A DNA stretch of 45,777 bases from a virus. This document shows, piece after piece, positions 18,034 through 26,367 of the stretch. Where the stretch lies: positions 1 to 45,777 of the IMG/VR virus record IMGVR_UViG_3300044898_000025. One strand, written 5' to 3'. The position numbers and the translations under genes are program-made. The notes below the pieces were generated by a model. That model saw only the letters and a program-made list of their open reading frames with translations, did no database searches and was not told the origin of the DNA. The first letter of the stretch is position 1; every line of letters begins with the position of its first letter.

Positions 18034-18262
18034 CGAGCACCACCGCTCCTACGAGGTCGAGGTCGTCGGGTTCAGACGTGAAGAAATCGGAGTTGGGGCG
18101 CGTCGGTGTATCTGGCGTCGCGACGACGTACTCCGGGTGTTGGATGCGGGTGATGAGCAACTGGCGCTCCCGCGACCATTCCGCCCGCTCGAAGTTCTGG
18201 TGACGAAGCAGGTAGATGACGAGGCCGATCAGCGCCGCGCAGACGAGAGCCAGCGCGATCAT
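18017..18262 (-). CDS. Small membrane-anchored protein (81 aa)
   Basis: N-terminal hydrophobic helix MIALALVCAALIGLVIYLL, followed by an acidic C-terminus. Confidence 0.6.
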   Translation of the reverse strand: MIALALVCAALIGLVIYLLRHQNFERAEWSRERQLLITRIQHPEYVVATPDTPTRPNSDFFTSEPDDLDLVGAVVLDGNDD

Positions 18263-18519
18263 GCGGAAGCCAGCCAGTAGAGAACGTCGCCACTGGTCCC
18301 CCGCAGGAACAGGTCCTCCAGGCCACCGGCTTCAGACAGCGAGACACTTTCGCCCGGTTCGAGGGGAAACCCGGTCGTCGAGCCTTCAGAGCCCGCGACC
18401 GTGATCGCCGCCGAATTGTTCGAAGCGGCCGAGAGTGCGAAGGACTTACAGGCGATTGCCCCGGCCACCTTTGCGGGCTGAGTGGAGGAGAGGGTGACTT
18501 TTCCTTGGCTGATCGGCAT
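18259..18519 (-). CDS. Small beta-rich protein, paralog of the 20400..20687 product (86 aa)
   Basis: Aligns by eye with the 95-aa protein (AITV.GS..G.PL.PGESVSL...D..L......V.WLA). It lies immediately downstream of the tailspike gene. Confidence 0.6.
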   Translation of the reverse strand: MPISQGKVTLSSTQPAKVAGAIACKSFALSAASNNSAAITVAGSEGSTTGFPLEPGESVSLSEAGGLEDLFLRGTSGDVLYWLASA

Positions 18520-19815
18520 TTAGTTCGCGCTCCTCGCAACCTCGTAGTAGTTCGTCCCGTCACAGGCAAGGGTCAGCGTGTCTTCTGCCGTGGGTTCGAA
18601 GTTTTCTTTCAGTTTCAGGTTTTCGCCATCAACCACTTTTGGGGTCGAGGCAAACTTCAAAGCGACCACCGGGGGGTAGTTCGCCGGCACCGTGATTTTT
18701 TTGATTTCGGTAGTGCCGGTGACTTCCACCACTGCTTCGGCGGTAACTGCCAGCGTGGCCGCCGAAGCCACCGACCGAAACGGGAGCGTGGCGCTTCCCA
18801 GTCGCCGTAGGCGCGAGAGATCGACGCTCCCCCCAGGGGTGCCGGTATAGAGTGGGTTGGCGCTGGATTCTTCGTAGAACCCGGAGACGGTTGAACCAGA
18901 ACCCGAGCCCGTGAACCTGAGCCCCCCGGCCGTCCCGCCGCCCTTCATGAACACACCTTGGATCGTGGTGTTGAACCCCTTTGACGTGTTCCACTCGAAA
19001 CCCGGGACGTTGACCGGCGTGGTAGCCACGAAAGCGCGCCCCCCAGTCCATCGGCCGCCATCCGCGTTGATGAAGACCTGCGCAGACGACGCGCCCTCCG
19101 CCTCGCAGTTCATCGCATCGTAGGAGGCGTCGAAGCGGAAACCATAGGTAGAGGTTCCCCAAGTATGGACGCCGTAGATGACCGTCGCCGCGCCGCTCGA
19201 GCCAACGAGAAAGTTGGTCGTGGCATTCGCGATGCAAAAGCCGTTCGTGAAGTGGGCGTCGTGGATGTTGTTGACCAGCCCGTTGTTCCCGCAATTCCAG
19301 ATGCGGAAGGTGTCGAACATCGAATCCGACCCACCGGCCGCGGCGGATAGATCAGAAGCAGTCTGCTGGAGGTTCAAGCCATCCGTGTTGCAGTCATGGA
19401 TGCAGAAGTTGCTCATATACAGGCGGCGACCGTCCAGCTTCACCCCGGCTTCGCCCGAAGAATTATTCGCCTTGTTGCCGTCTATCGACAGATCGCGGGC
19501 GGCATAGTCGTCTTGTCCCCCTTCGCCGTATTGGGCGACGGAAAGCACCGAGCAATTGCTGTTGGCTCCCAGCTTCAAGCCCGATACCTGCGGTCCGTGC
19601 CCCGCAAGCGTCACGCCGGTCTTCAGCAGCACCGGTTCGGCCGTTGCAACCATCCACGGCGGGACGACAACTCGGCCTCCACCGTCTTCCCAGACCGAGG
19701 TCAGAGCTTTGTTGACCTTCGCGCCCCTGTCTGCGGTTGAGGAAGTTCGCCCGACCCAGTTGCGGAGATCGTAGAACCCGGCCGACGCCTGGCTCGAGGA
19801 GAAGGTGATCGTCAT
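18520..19815 (-). CDS. Tailspike/tail fibre with pectate-lyase-like right-handed beta-helix (431 aa from ATG 19815)
   Basis: MTITFSSSQ... start lies 4 nt after the upstream stop. Motifs ARDLSIDGNKANN, NFCIHDCNTDGLNL and IWNCGNNGL are typical of beta-helix depolymerase repeats. The track's N-terminal extension is Arg/Pro-rich shadow sequence. Confidence 0.7.
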   Translation of the reverse strand: MTITFSSSQASAGFYDLRNWVGRTSSTADRGAKVNKALTSVWEDGGGRVVVPPWMVATAEPVLLKTGVTLAGHGPQVSGLKLGANSNCSVLSVAQYGEGGQDDYAARDLSIDGNKANNSSGEAGVKLDGRRLYMSNFCIHDCNTDGLNLQQTASDLSAAAGGSDSMFDTFRIWNCGNNGLVNNIHDAHFTNGFCIANATTNFLVGSSGAATVIYGVHTWGTSTYGFRFDASYDAMNCEAEGASSAQVFINADGGRWTGGRAFVATTPVNVPGFEWNTSKGFNTTIQGVFMKGGGTAGGLRFTGSGSGSTVSGFYEESSANPLYTGTPGGSVDLSRLRRLGSATLPFRSVASAATLAVTAEAVVEVTGTTEIKKITVPANYPPVVALKFASTPKVVDGENLKLKENFEPTAEDTLTLACDGTNYYEVARSAN

Positions 19816-19819
19816 CGAC

Positions 19820-20398
19820 TCAGGTGATCCCGTAGAGGATCGGACCCTGCACGGCCGCGAGAGAGCTTGGAGTAAAGGAGGCCGGAGCAGCGGTGAGGCC
19901 CGAGCCGGCCGAACCCGATCGCAGCGTGGCGCCGCTGGTGCCGAGGTTTGCCGAAACACCGCTTGACGCGCCGCATCCGAATTTTCCCGGCGTCGTGCCC
20001 TGCGTACCCATCAAGAGGCCTACCCAGAATTCGGAGCGTTCCGCGATCGACAGGCTTTTTTCGCTATCGACGGTGATTGCGACCGTCTTTTCCCCAGCGC
20101 TCCTGAAGCCCACGCTTTGATCGGCCGAGACTCCAAGCCGGGTCCCGCCGATGCTGTAAACGGAGACGAAGCAGTTGGCGTCCTCGCTTGAGCTTGCCAC
20201 CGCTATCTGGAGCTTCACGTTGGAGATCGTCAGCGCCTTGCCCACTTTGATCCGGGTGTAGTGCTGAACGCCCGCCGTTGGCTGGAAAACCTGATTCGTC
20301 GTCGCCGGGTCGTAGGACCATGCGAGCAGACCCATATCGGTTGGCGTCCAAGCGCCGGTTTCTGGAGCCGGAGGAGCCGAGAAGGAGAATTCAGGCAT
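19820..20398 (-). CDS. Tail-fibre-associated protein (192 aa from ATG 20398)
   Basis: MPEFSFSAPPAP... start lies 1 nt after the upstream stop. Composition is Ser/Gly/Thr-rich. It is adjacent to the tailspike gene. Confidence 0.55.
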   Translation of the reverse strand: MPEFSFSAPPAPETGAWTPTDMGLLAWSYDPATTNQVFQPTAGVQHYTRIKVGKALTISNVKLQIAVASSSEDANCFVSVYSIGGTRLGVSADQSVGFRSAGEKTVAITVDSEKSLSIAERSEFWVGLLMGTQGTTPGKFGCGASSGVSANLGTSGATLRSGSAGSGLTAAPASFTPSSLAAVQGPILYGIT

Positions 20399-20399
20399 G

Positions 20400-20687
20400 T
20401 CAGGCCTCCGTCGCCGCGAGCCAGGAAACGCCCTCGCCATTGACCGTTGCATCGAGGTAGATGTCCCCCACGTCGTCGGTAGGGACTGACGCAGACTGTC
20501 CGGCACTCAGGGCGATTCCCGTACGTTCGGAGGTGGCGGCCTTGACTCCACTCCCACCGACGCAGATGACGCCGGTGTTCGTGCTGAGCGCGGTGATCGC
20601 GACGGATTCGGCTCCGGTCGATGCACCCAACTGGACTGCGGTGCCAGCCGTCGTGACGGTTTTTCGTCCGTTCTGAAGATTCGTCAT
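20400..20687 (-). CDS. Small beta-rich protein, paralog of the 18259..18519 product (95 aa)
   Basis: Sequence similarity to the 86-aa protein is visible by eye. There is a 4-nt overlap with the upstream gene. Confidence 0.6.
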   Translation of the reverse strand: MTNLQNGRKTVTTAGTAVQLGASTGAESVAITALSTNTGVICVGGSGVKAATSERTGIALSAGQSASVPTDDVGDIYLDATVNGEGVSWLAATEA

Positions 20688-21133
20688 GCCGTCACCTTCC
20701 TGTTGCTCGGTTTCTTTGGCGCCGAGGAAGTGCCGCGGCGCGCGTAGAGGTTCTTGGTGATTTGCTTGCGGATCTCCGGCGGGACGCCTTCAAGGCGAGG
20801 TTTGCCCTTGAAGGAAGCGACCGGATGCTCAATTAGCTCAGTGGTGGTGAACTGGTAGCCCCGAATCGCCTTGTCCTTAGCGGCGATCTCTTTGTCGGCG
20901 TCGAGCAGCAGCTGCGCGAGTTCGGCGATCGTGTCCTTGAGGTTCTGGGGGTCGAGGACGTCGAAGGCCTCCTTGAGGCAGTCTTCGCAGATGATCAGGT
21001 CATCGACCGGCGTAGCGACCGCCCCAGGGATCACGGGACCGTCGTAGGCGGCCTCGAAGTCCACGCAGCGGCCCTCCGGCTTGTTGAAGCACGAAGCGCA
21101 ATAAGGAGGCTGGGGGTCGGCGATCTTGGTCAT
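20684..21133 (-). CDS. Zinc-ribbon-containing protein (149 aa)
   Basis: CASC...C and CEDC cysteine pairs at the N-terminus, followed by a helical Lys-rich C-terminus. Confidence 0.55.
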   Translation of the reverse strand: MTKIADPQPPYCASCFNKPEGRCVDFEAAYDGPVIPGAVATPVDDLIICEDCLKEAFDVLDPQNLKDTIAELAQLLLDADKEIAAKDKAIRGYQFTTTELIEHPVASFKGKPRLEGVPPEIRKQITKNLYARRGTSSAPKKPSNRKVTA

Positions 21134-21393
21134 ACCGAGATCAGGAAGTCGTAGGAGCCGTGGGAGACCGTCGAATTCAGGGAGGCCACCGTGCCAAATT
21201 TGGCGTCCAGGGCTTCGTAGAGTTCTTTGGGTTTGAAGGTCTGCCCGGGCGCGAAGGTCAGGTTGATGCAGACGGTCAGGTCTCCAGCCGTCGAGCCTTC
21301 GGTCCCGCCCACGACCGTTTCGGGGTTGAGTGCGGCGTTTTCCATCTGGGCTTTGGTTTCCGCCGCGGAAATTGGCGTGTTGATGTTCGCCAT
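21130..21393 (-). CDS. Hypothetical protein (87 aa)
   Basis: ORF 12 nt downstream of the large terminase gene, with a 4-nt overlap with the next gene. Confidence 0.55.
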   Translation of the reverse strand: MANINTPISAAETKAQMENAALNPETVVGGTEGSTAGDLTVCINLTFAPGQTFKPKELYEALDAKFGTVASLNSTVSHGSYDFLISV

Positions 21394-21405
21394 GTCGTTC
21401 CTCTC

Positions 21406-22908
21406 TCAGGCGGCGATGCCGCCGAATTGGCCAATGTTTTCGATCTCAGGCGAGGCGAAGCGCTCTTGGTCTTCTCGCATCACCCGCTGAAGCGAGGTCT
21501 CGTTGCGGGAGGTTTGCTGTCCGGGGAGGTAGGGACGGCTCATCACCGCGTACCTGAGTGCGTCAACGGCGTGGTCGTCCTTCTTGACCGGCGCCTGCTT
21601 GCCGTCCTCTCCAGTCCTCGGGGGTTGCTTCCAGCGGTACTTCTGAAGCTCGTCGACCAAGGACGTGCAGTTGTTCTGGATGAACAGCCGCTCTTTCTGG
21701 AAGCGCTCGCGGACCCGGTTGATGCCGGCGGTGACGGAGTGCTGGCCGGCGATCGTCACGATTCCGTTGTCGGCGTACTCCATCTGGTCTGAACGGCCGG
21801 TCTGGTGAGCGCGGTTCTGCGCCGCCGGGTCGATGACGTAGTAGAGGGGCGATACGTCATAGCGGGCGTTGACTTTATGGATCTGCTCGCAGACCTGGCG
21901 GACCGTCATCCCTTCATAGGCCCCCTCTTCGAAGACCACCATCTGATCGTCGGGGGTGAGGTAGATCCAGACCACCGCACAGCGGTTACGGATTCCCGGG
22001 TCGATGCCGACGACGATGTTGACGTTCTCGGGGATCGGCCGCTGAGGAACGACATGCCGCTCGCGCGTGAAGTCCGCGTAGATCAGGCCGTGGAGAGCAA
22101 TGAAGCGCCCCTCTTTCCTCGCTGCGCGCTCCTCTTGGGAGAGCCCCAGAAGAGCCATCTCGATCTCTTTCGGACCGAGGGCGGGGTTGTCAGCCATATC
22201 GACCGTCACAACCTCGAGGTCTTTGGACTGAAAGACGTCCTTGCGAACCTGATCCCCGCGCTGCTTCCAGAGCATGTCGTAGGTCCAGGTGAGTCCCTGA
22301 ACAGGGGTCATCGTGAAGAGCAAGTCGCCCTTGCGAGCAATGACCCGCATCCGGTTCTCGTTATAGGCCCGCCAGGGCGGCTCCTCGTCGAAGTGAACCC
22401 GGTCCAAGGTCGCGCCGCCCATCTTCGCGACGTCCATCTCGTAGGTTTGGAAGAAGAACTTCGACCCGTTCTCGAAGTGCAGAACCCGCAGGTCCTTTTC
22501 GTAGGCCGATCTCCAAGAGCCCCCGACAAGTTGATCTAGGGGGAGCAGCTGTTGGAGCTTCTCAATCAGGGTGTTCTCGAGGACCGGAAAGGACTCGGCC
22601 ATGATCCGACAGAGGAACGGAGGCTGGAACTTCTTGAAGGGCTTCAGGTGATCGGGGAGTGCCGATTCATCGACCGCCTGGATCACGTCATCGGCGAGGC
22701 CCCCCGTGGTCTTCCCCGACTGGTTGCCTCCGAAGAAGCATTTCGTCTGGGCGGTGAAGGAATGGAAGGCCCGCTGCTTCTCGTGCGGTTCATAGAACGC
22801 AAGAGGGTCGTTCTGGCGCTTGTACTCCAACTCCTGAAGCGCCTGTTCAGCCTGCTCTCTCTTTGCCGCAGGGAGCCGCTTAAGGGCCTCCGTGTCGATC
22901 TGAAACAA
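21406..22908 (-). CDS. terL: Terminase large subunit (500 aa, TTG start)
   Basis: Walker A motif FFGGNQSGKTTG. Size and nuclease-half composition are typical of a large terminase. SD GGAG lies 7 nt upstream of the TTG start. Confidence 0.85.
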   Translation of the reverse strand: MFQIDTEALKRLPAAKREQAEQALQELEYKRQNDPLAFYEPHEKQRAFHSFTAQTKCFFGGNQSGKTTGGLADDVIQAVDESALPDHLKPFKKFQPPFLCRIMAESFPVLENTLIEKLQQLLPLDQLVGGSWRSAYEKDLRVLHFENGSKFFFQTYEMDVAKMGGATLDRVHFDEEPPWRAYNENRMRVIARKGDLLFTMTPVQGLTWTYDMLWKQRGDQVRKDVFQSKDLEVVTVDMADNPALGPKEIEMALLGLSQEERAARKEGRFIALHGLIYADFTRERHVVPQRPIPENVNIVVGIDPGIRNRCAVVWIYLTPDDQMVVFEEGAYEGMTVRQVCEQIHKVNARYDVSPLYYVIDPAAQNRAHQTGRSDQMEYADNGIVTIAGQHSVTAGINRVRERFQKERLFIQNNCTSLVDELQKYRWKQPPRTGEDGKQAPVKKDDHAVDALRYAVMSRPYLPGQQTSRNETSLQRVMREDQERFASPEIENIGQFGGIAA

Positions 22909-23280
22909 GGGACTCCATTCGGATTAGACCGGGGGGGTCTTCTGAAAGAGGGGGTGCCTTTTCGTGTATAGGCACTGGGAGGACGGAGAGCTGGGGGTAA
23001 ATATCTAGGGACTCCGCGCGCAAATGCCCGCGTTTCCCGCCACCCCCTGGCCTTCTCTGACTCGCCGTTCTGTTCGGCATTCGTTCGGGTCAGAGACAGC
23101 TACGCAGACATACAGCGTGTGTACACCGCTCTAGCAAGCCATATGCAGCTAGTCATTGAGACTGAATGACCACGAGCCCGTCTAGCTGGCGGTCACAGCG
23201 TTTGATGCGTGCGTTATGTGGTGATGTCAGGCACTGACGTGGGCACCCTGACATCCAGCCAGCCGGGCGAGCTGCGCTAC
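22909..23280. promoter_or_regulatory. Non-coding, AT-richer, CTAG-rich region upstream of terL: candidate cos/pac site and/or late promoter
   Basis: No credible ORF on either strand. Contains a 9-bp-stem hairpin, gatgtcagg (23223..23231) pairing with cctgacatc (23247..23255), and the palindrome gtgtacac (23119..23126). Several CTAG occur within ~300 bp. Confidence 0.4.
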
Positions 23281-23457
23281 CTAATGACGCTGCTTGCCCG
23301 CTACGTCTAACAGCGTCTCTAGGTCCCTGATGCTGGGCTCATAGCCGCCCTCTGAGCAGCGCTGGACGTATTGCTCTAGCTCGAACTGAAGGCGTCCTAC
23401 GTGTTCTAGGCGCTGTATTGGGGCTTTCTCAGGGATAACGGCGGTCTGAGAAGGCAT
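23281..23457 (-). CDS. Hypothetical small protein (58 aa)
   Basis: Hand-translated as MPSQTAVIPEKAPIQRLEHVGRLQFELEQYVQRCSEGGYEPSIRDLETLLDVAGKQRH*. Its ATG abuts the TAG of the upstream gene. It is below the track size cutoff. Confidence 0.4.
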   Translation of the reverse strand: MPSQTAVIPEKAPIQRLEHVGRLQFELEQYVQRCSEGGYEPSIRDLETLLDVAGKQRH

Positions 23458-23691
23458 CTAAGGCTTGCTGGGTGGAGCGTCCAGGTCGCGGAGGTGCATC
23501 CGGACCGCGAGGTCCGCACCGTCGTCCAGCGGTAGCACTCGGTACTCGCCCCAGACATCAGGCCGCGGTTGCTCTCCAGGGCGCAAGACGACCGTGCGGA
23601 AAGCCTCGCCGGGCGTGTCGGCGTTGGCACACGCAATCTCTCGCCAAGAACCCTGCGCCAATTCATGCTTCAGGACGACGAAGCTCTTCAT
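23458..23691 (-). CDS. Hypothetical protein (77 aa from ATG 23691)
   Basis: The MKSFVVLKHELAQGSW... start forms an ATGA overlap with the upstream small ORF. Confidence 0.55.
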   Translation of the reverse strand: MKSFVVLKHELAQGSWREIACANADTPGEAFRTVVLRPGEQPRPDVWGEYRVLPLDDGADLAVRMHLRDLDAPPSKP

Positions 23692-23861
23692 GCTTCCTCC
23701 TCGCGCCACTTGTGCAGAACGCCGAGGCCCAGCGCCAGGTCTTCGTCTCGGCGCTTGAAGTCGTGATCGCTCAGATGGTCGGTCTCTACGTCTGCCCAGA
23801 CAATTGCCCGTTCAAGTGCCTCTCGAATGCGGGCTGAGTTCTCGGTTGCGGTCTCAGGCAT
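23688..23861 (-). CDS. Hypothetical small protein (57 aa)
   Basis: Hand-translated as MPETATENSARIREALERAIVWADVETDHLSDHDFKRRDEDLALGLGVLHKWREEEA*. It overlaps both neighbouring genes. Confidence 0.45.
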   Translation of the reverse strand: MPETATENSARIREALERAIVWADVETDHLSDHDFKRRDEDLALGLGVLHKWREEEA

Positions 23862-24093
23862 CGCGCTTCTTCACCACGGCCTTGATCTTCGCCTTGCGGG
23901 CTACCTTCGTCTTGCGGACGATCCGAGGCCTTGCGGCCCCGAGTGCAGCTACGTGAGCGTCCACGGAGCCACGCTCGGCGTCCTCTGGAGTCGCATAGGA
24001 CTCTGAGGCCGCGACGGGCTCTCCATTGGCTGCTAGGAGGTGCCAGCGCCATTCGCCAGCCTTGTCCTCAAAGACCTCGTACTTAGCTGGCAA
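23854..24093 (-). CDS. DUF1508 (YegP-like) domain protein with Lys-rich tail (79 aa)
   Basis: KYEVFEDKAGEWRWHLLAANGEPVAASESYATPEDAERGSVDAH matches the characteristic YegP repeat pattern from memory. Confidence 0.6.
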   Translation of the reverse strand: MPAKYEVFEDKAGEWRWHLLAANGEPVAASESYATPEDAERGSVDAHVAALGAARPRIVRKTKVARKAKIKAVVKKRDA

Positions 24094-24640
24094 CGTCTTC
24101 CTCGCTCTCTACCTCGACGGTGATTGCAGGCTCTTTCTTGACGACTCCGAGCTGTTCCAAGTTCTTGACCAAGACATCCACGGTGCGGACTTCTTTGATC
24201 TCCGTCGGGCGATCCCGGAGCAGCTGGGAGATCTGGACGTTTTTGCTCATCACGTCGGCGAGCGATGCGGCGTTCTTGGCTAGATGGGCGGGAGAGACAC
24301 TGCCGACCTTGGCAAGCGCTTCTTCGACGTAAGCTTGCGTTGCCTCGTCGGCCTGCATAGCGCGCTCGAGGGCTCGGCCGGCGACGTTCTCTCCTACATC
24401 TCGGCCCAATTCTCGGCGCAGTTGGGTGTAACGGCGAGGGAATGCGTTGTCGCGCCAATTGCGGAGCTTCTCGCGGGGGATATCGGTGATTCCCTCTTCC
24501 TCCAGGGCTTCCACGGTCGGTTTGTAGGAGCCGCCATTCGTCGCCAGCAGGGAAAGGGCGAGATCCACTTCGTCCTGGGAATGCCTGATCGTCCTGCCGC
24601 GCTCGGTTTTGACGCGCTGCGCTAGCTGTTCCTCAGACAT
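24083..24640 (-). CDS. Putative terminase small subunit / HTH DNA-binding protein (185 aa)
   Basis: N-terminal HTH-like segment (GGSYKPTVEALEEEGITDIPREKLRNWR) followed by a helical core. It lies just downstream of the HNH gene and upstream of terL. Function is inferred. Confidence 0.4.
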   Translation of the reverse strand: MSEEQLAQRVKTERGRTIRHSQDEVDLALSLLATNGGSYKPTVEALEEEGITDIPREKLRNWRDNAFPRRYTQLRRELGRDVGENVAGRALERAMQADEATQAYVEEALAKVGSVSPAHLAKNAASLADVMSKNVQISQLLRDRPTEIKEVRTVDVLVKNLEQLGVVKKEPAITVEVESEEDVAS

Positions 24641-24721
24641 TCTCTGCCTCGCTATAGCGCTTGTTGATTCTCTTGGTCATTGGTTCTTTGTCTGCGGGGT
24701 AGTGGGTGCGGGAGACGTCGG

Positions 24722-24883
24722 TTAGAAGCTGATCTCGAAGGTGACAGGGCGACGGCGGCCTTTGTGATCGCGGCGGCGCCAGACGTGAACGCCGAAAGGG
24801 CCAGCCCAGACGTGGAGCGCTTGGCCACTGCGTTCGACGTGCCAGAAGCTCTCGAATCCTCGCTGCTCAAGCCATTCGCTCAT
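24722..24883 (-). CDS. Hypothetical small protein (53 aa)
   Basis: Hand-translated as MSEWLEQRGFESFWHVERSGQALHVWAGPFGVHVWRRRDHKGRRRPVTFEISF*. The track ORFs on both strands here look like shadow frames. Confidence 0.4.
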   Translation of the reverse strand: MSEWLEQRGFESFWHVERSGQALHVWAGPFGVHVWRRRDHKGRRRPVTFEISF

Positions 24884-24893
24884 CTGTAGCGCT

Positions 24894-25166
24894 TTACCTC
24901 TCGGTCGCGGAATCAGGGCTTTTGTCGCCCTCGGCCTGGTTGCAAGGGCCGCAGAGGAGGCGCAGGTTGTCCAAGCTGTACCGACCGCCTTTGCTCCGGG
25001 GAATGATGTGCCCGAGCGTCAGATCCTCGGTCGCGCCACACTCCTGGCAGAACGCACCATCGCGGGCCGCGAGGTCTCGCCGCCGCTTCTGACTCTGCGA
25101 AAGCTTCTCTCCCTTGGGCTTATCTGGGTGGGTCATCGGGATACCTTTCCTCCCACGCAGCTTCAA
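24894..25166 (-). CDS. HNH endonuclease (90 aa; start may be ATG 25136)
   Basis: CQECGATEDLTLGHIIPRSKGGRYSLDNLRLLCGPCNQ is the canonical CxxC...H...N...CxxC HNH motif. Confidence 0.85.
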   Translation of the reverse strand: MKLRGRKGIPMTHPDKPKGEKLSQSQKRRRDLAARDGAFCQECGATEDLTLGHIIPRSKGGRYSLDNLRLLCGPCNQAEGDKSPDSATER

Positions 25167-25311
25167 GCGCCTTTACCTGCTCCGAAGCCACGTCGTAGGC
25201 GTTCCGAGCTTCTGCGAGCGCGGCGGCCAAACGCTCCTTTTCCGCCCCTTTGCCGAGGTAGTCGGGCTCGACTGGAGGTTCCATCCAACGCTCGCTCATG
25301 CTCTCTCCCAC
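25120..25311 (-). CDS. Hypothetical acidic helical protein (63 aa; likely start ATG 25299)
   Basis: ORF with SD GGGAGAG ahead of the internal ATG (MSERWMEPP...). Confidence 0.5.
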   Translation of the reverse strand: MGESMSERWMEPPVEPDYLGKGAEKERLAAALAEARNAYDVASEQVKALEAAWEERYPDDPPR

Positions 25312-25414
25312 GGGTCTAGCGGCTCGAAAGAAGACACGCCGCGACCGGTTCCGATAGCTAATCCAGCGCCGTATCTGGCGGGTCGGGCGGGGAACCGAAG
25401 CAAGGATAGAGGCA

Positions 25415-25885
25415 TCATCCGGACACCAAAGTTCGCGAGAGGGCGCGAGAGTGACGTTCCTTGGTGCGCTGGCTGCGGGGAGTGCTCGCCGTAGAGCTTT
25501 CTCGGCTCTCCAGCTTCGCCTGCCGCACGTGTTCAGCTACGACGCAAGCGTTCGGCGCGCTCGCTTCCAGAGCCATCCTGTCCTCGTAGAGTTTGTGGAC
25601 GCGTTCCGGCTCGGACTCATAGCTCCCGTCGTCTCTACGAACGCCTGAGATGCCGATCATGGGCCTGCTGGAGTCGTTGTCGATGCGGACCTTGGCCTTC
25701 TGAACCTTGGCAGCGCGCTTGGAGTGCCATTCGACGCGCACGTGGAAGCTAAGGCGTCCGTCCTTCGAATAGACCGGATAGCGCCGGCCTTTCCACGGCT
25801 CCGGCGCGCTCGCGGGCCAGCTGATCTTGATGACTTCGGTCCCAGCCTCGTACAGGCGCTTCCTAGTCTTCTTGCTCAGCTTCAC
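25415..25885 (-). CDS. Hypothetical protein (156 aa from GTG 25885)
   Basis: GTG overlaps the Fic TGA (GTGA) and SD AGGGAG lies 8 nt upstream. The track's longer version runs antisense-free through the Fic 3' end as an Arg-rich shadow frame. Confidence 0.55.
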   Translation of the reverse strand: MKLSKKTRKRLYEAGTEVIKISWPASAPEPWKGRRYPVYSKDGRLSFHVRVEWHSKRAAKVQKAKVRIDNDSSRPMIGISGVRRDDGSYESEPERVHKLYEDRMALEASAPNACVVAEHVRQAKLESRESSTASTPRSQRTKERHSRALSRTLVSG

Positions 25886-26367
25886 TGCTTCTGCTCCCTT
25901 GTATTGGTTGGGGTCTGCTGGGTGGAGTGAGAACCGTCCAGCGCTTCGTAGTAGGCCGAGTGGAGAAAGCCGAGAGCGAACGGGTCGCGGTCTTCGCGGA
26001 GCCGCATCCAGGCCCAGAGCGCGCGACCAGAGCGACCGTTGCCGTCCATGAAGGGGTGCAAGGTCTCGTAGGCAGCGTGGAGGGTCCACGGAGTGGCGCC
26101 GACCGATCCATTGGCGCGATCAAGGATTTCCTCAAGCCCTACGCGGATGCCCTCGCCGCCAGGCTCAGGACGGTGCGATCCGACGCGCACATTCCGGCCC
26201 TCTCGGTCTCGAAGAGCGGCACCGGCCACGGTCCAGACGAAGCGTTCAAGGTCTCGCACCCGCACCACGAGCAGTTGCATGAACCACTCGTGGACGCTTA
26301 TCTCGTCCTCAGTCGGGGCTCGCAGAATCCCCTCAATGCGATTCGATTCCTCGACGAACTCGTACAT
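25882..26367 (-). CDS. Fic-domain protein (161 aa) with N-terminal inhibitory-helix motif
   Basis: HPFMDGNGRSGR (nt 26023..26058) matches the canonical Fic motif HxFx(D/E)GNGRxxR. N-terminal SNRIEG matches (S/T)xxxE(G/N). The start MYEFVEESNRIEG forms a TGATG overlap with the upstream gene. Confidence 0.85.
   Translation of the reverse strand: MYEFVEESNRIEGILRAPTEDEISVHEWFMQLLVVRVRDLERFVWTVAGAALRDREGRNVRVGSHRPEPGGEGIRVGLEEILDRANGSVGATPWTLHAAYETLHPFMDGNGRSGRALWAWMRLREDRDPFALGFLHSAYYEALDGSHSTQQTPTNTREQKQ

Noticed and set aside
18072-19294. Track ORFs 18072..18569 (-), 18629..19294 (-) and several plus-strand ORFs across the tailspike gene
   Set aside because: They are Arg/Pro/His-rich shadow frames overlapping well-supported genes (tailspike, the small paralog and the membrane protein).
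25886-26089. The N-terminal 68 residues of track ORF 25415..26089, and the N-terminal 45 residues of 25882..26502
   Set aside because: Both extensions are Arg/Pro-rich and overlap the preceding genes. Internal starts with GTGA or TGATG coupling and an SD (GTG 25885, ATG 26367) give compact, motif-complete proteins.
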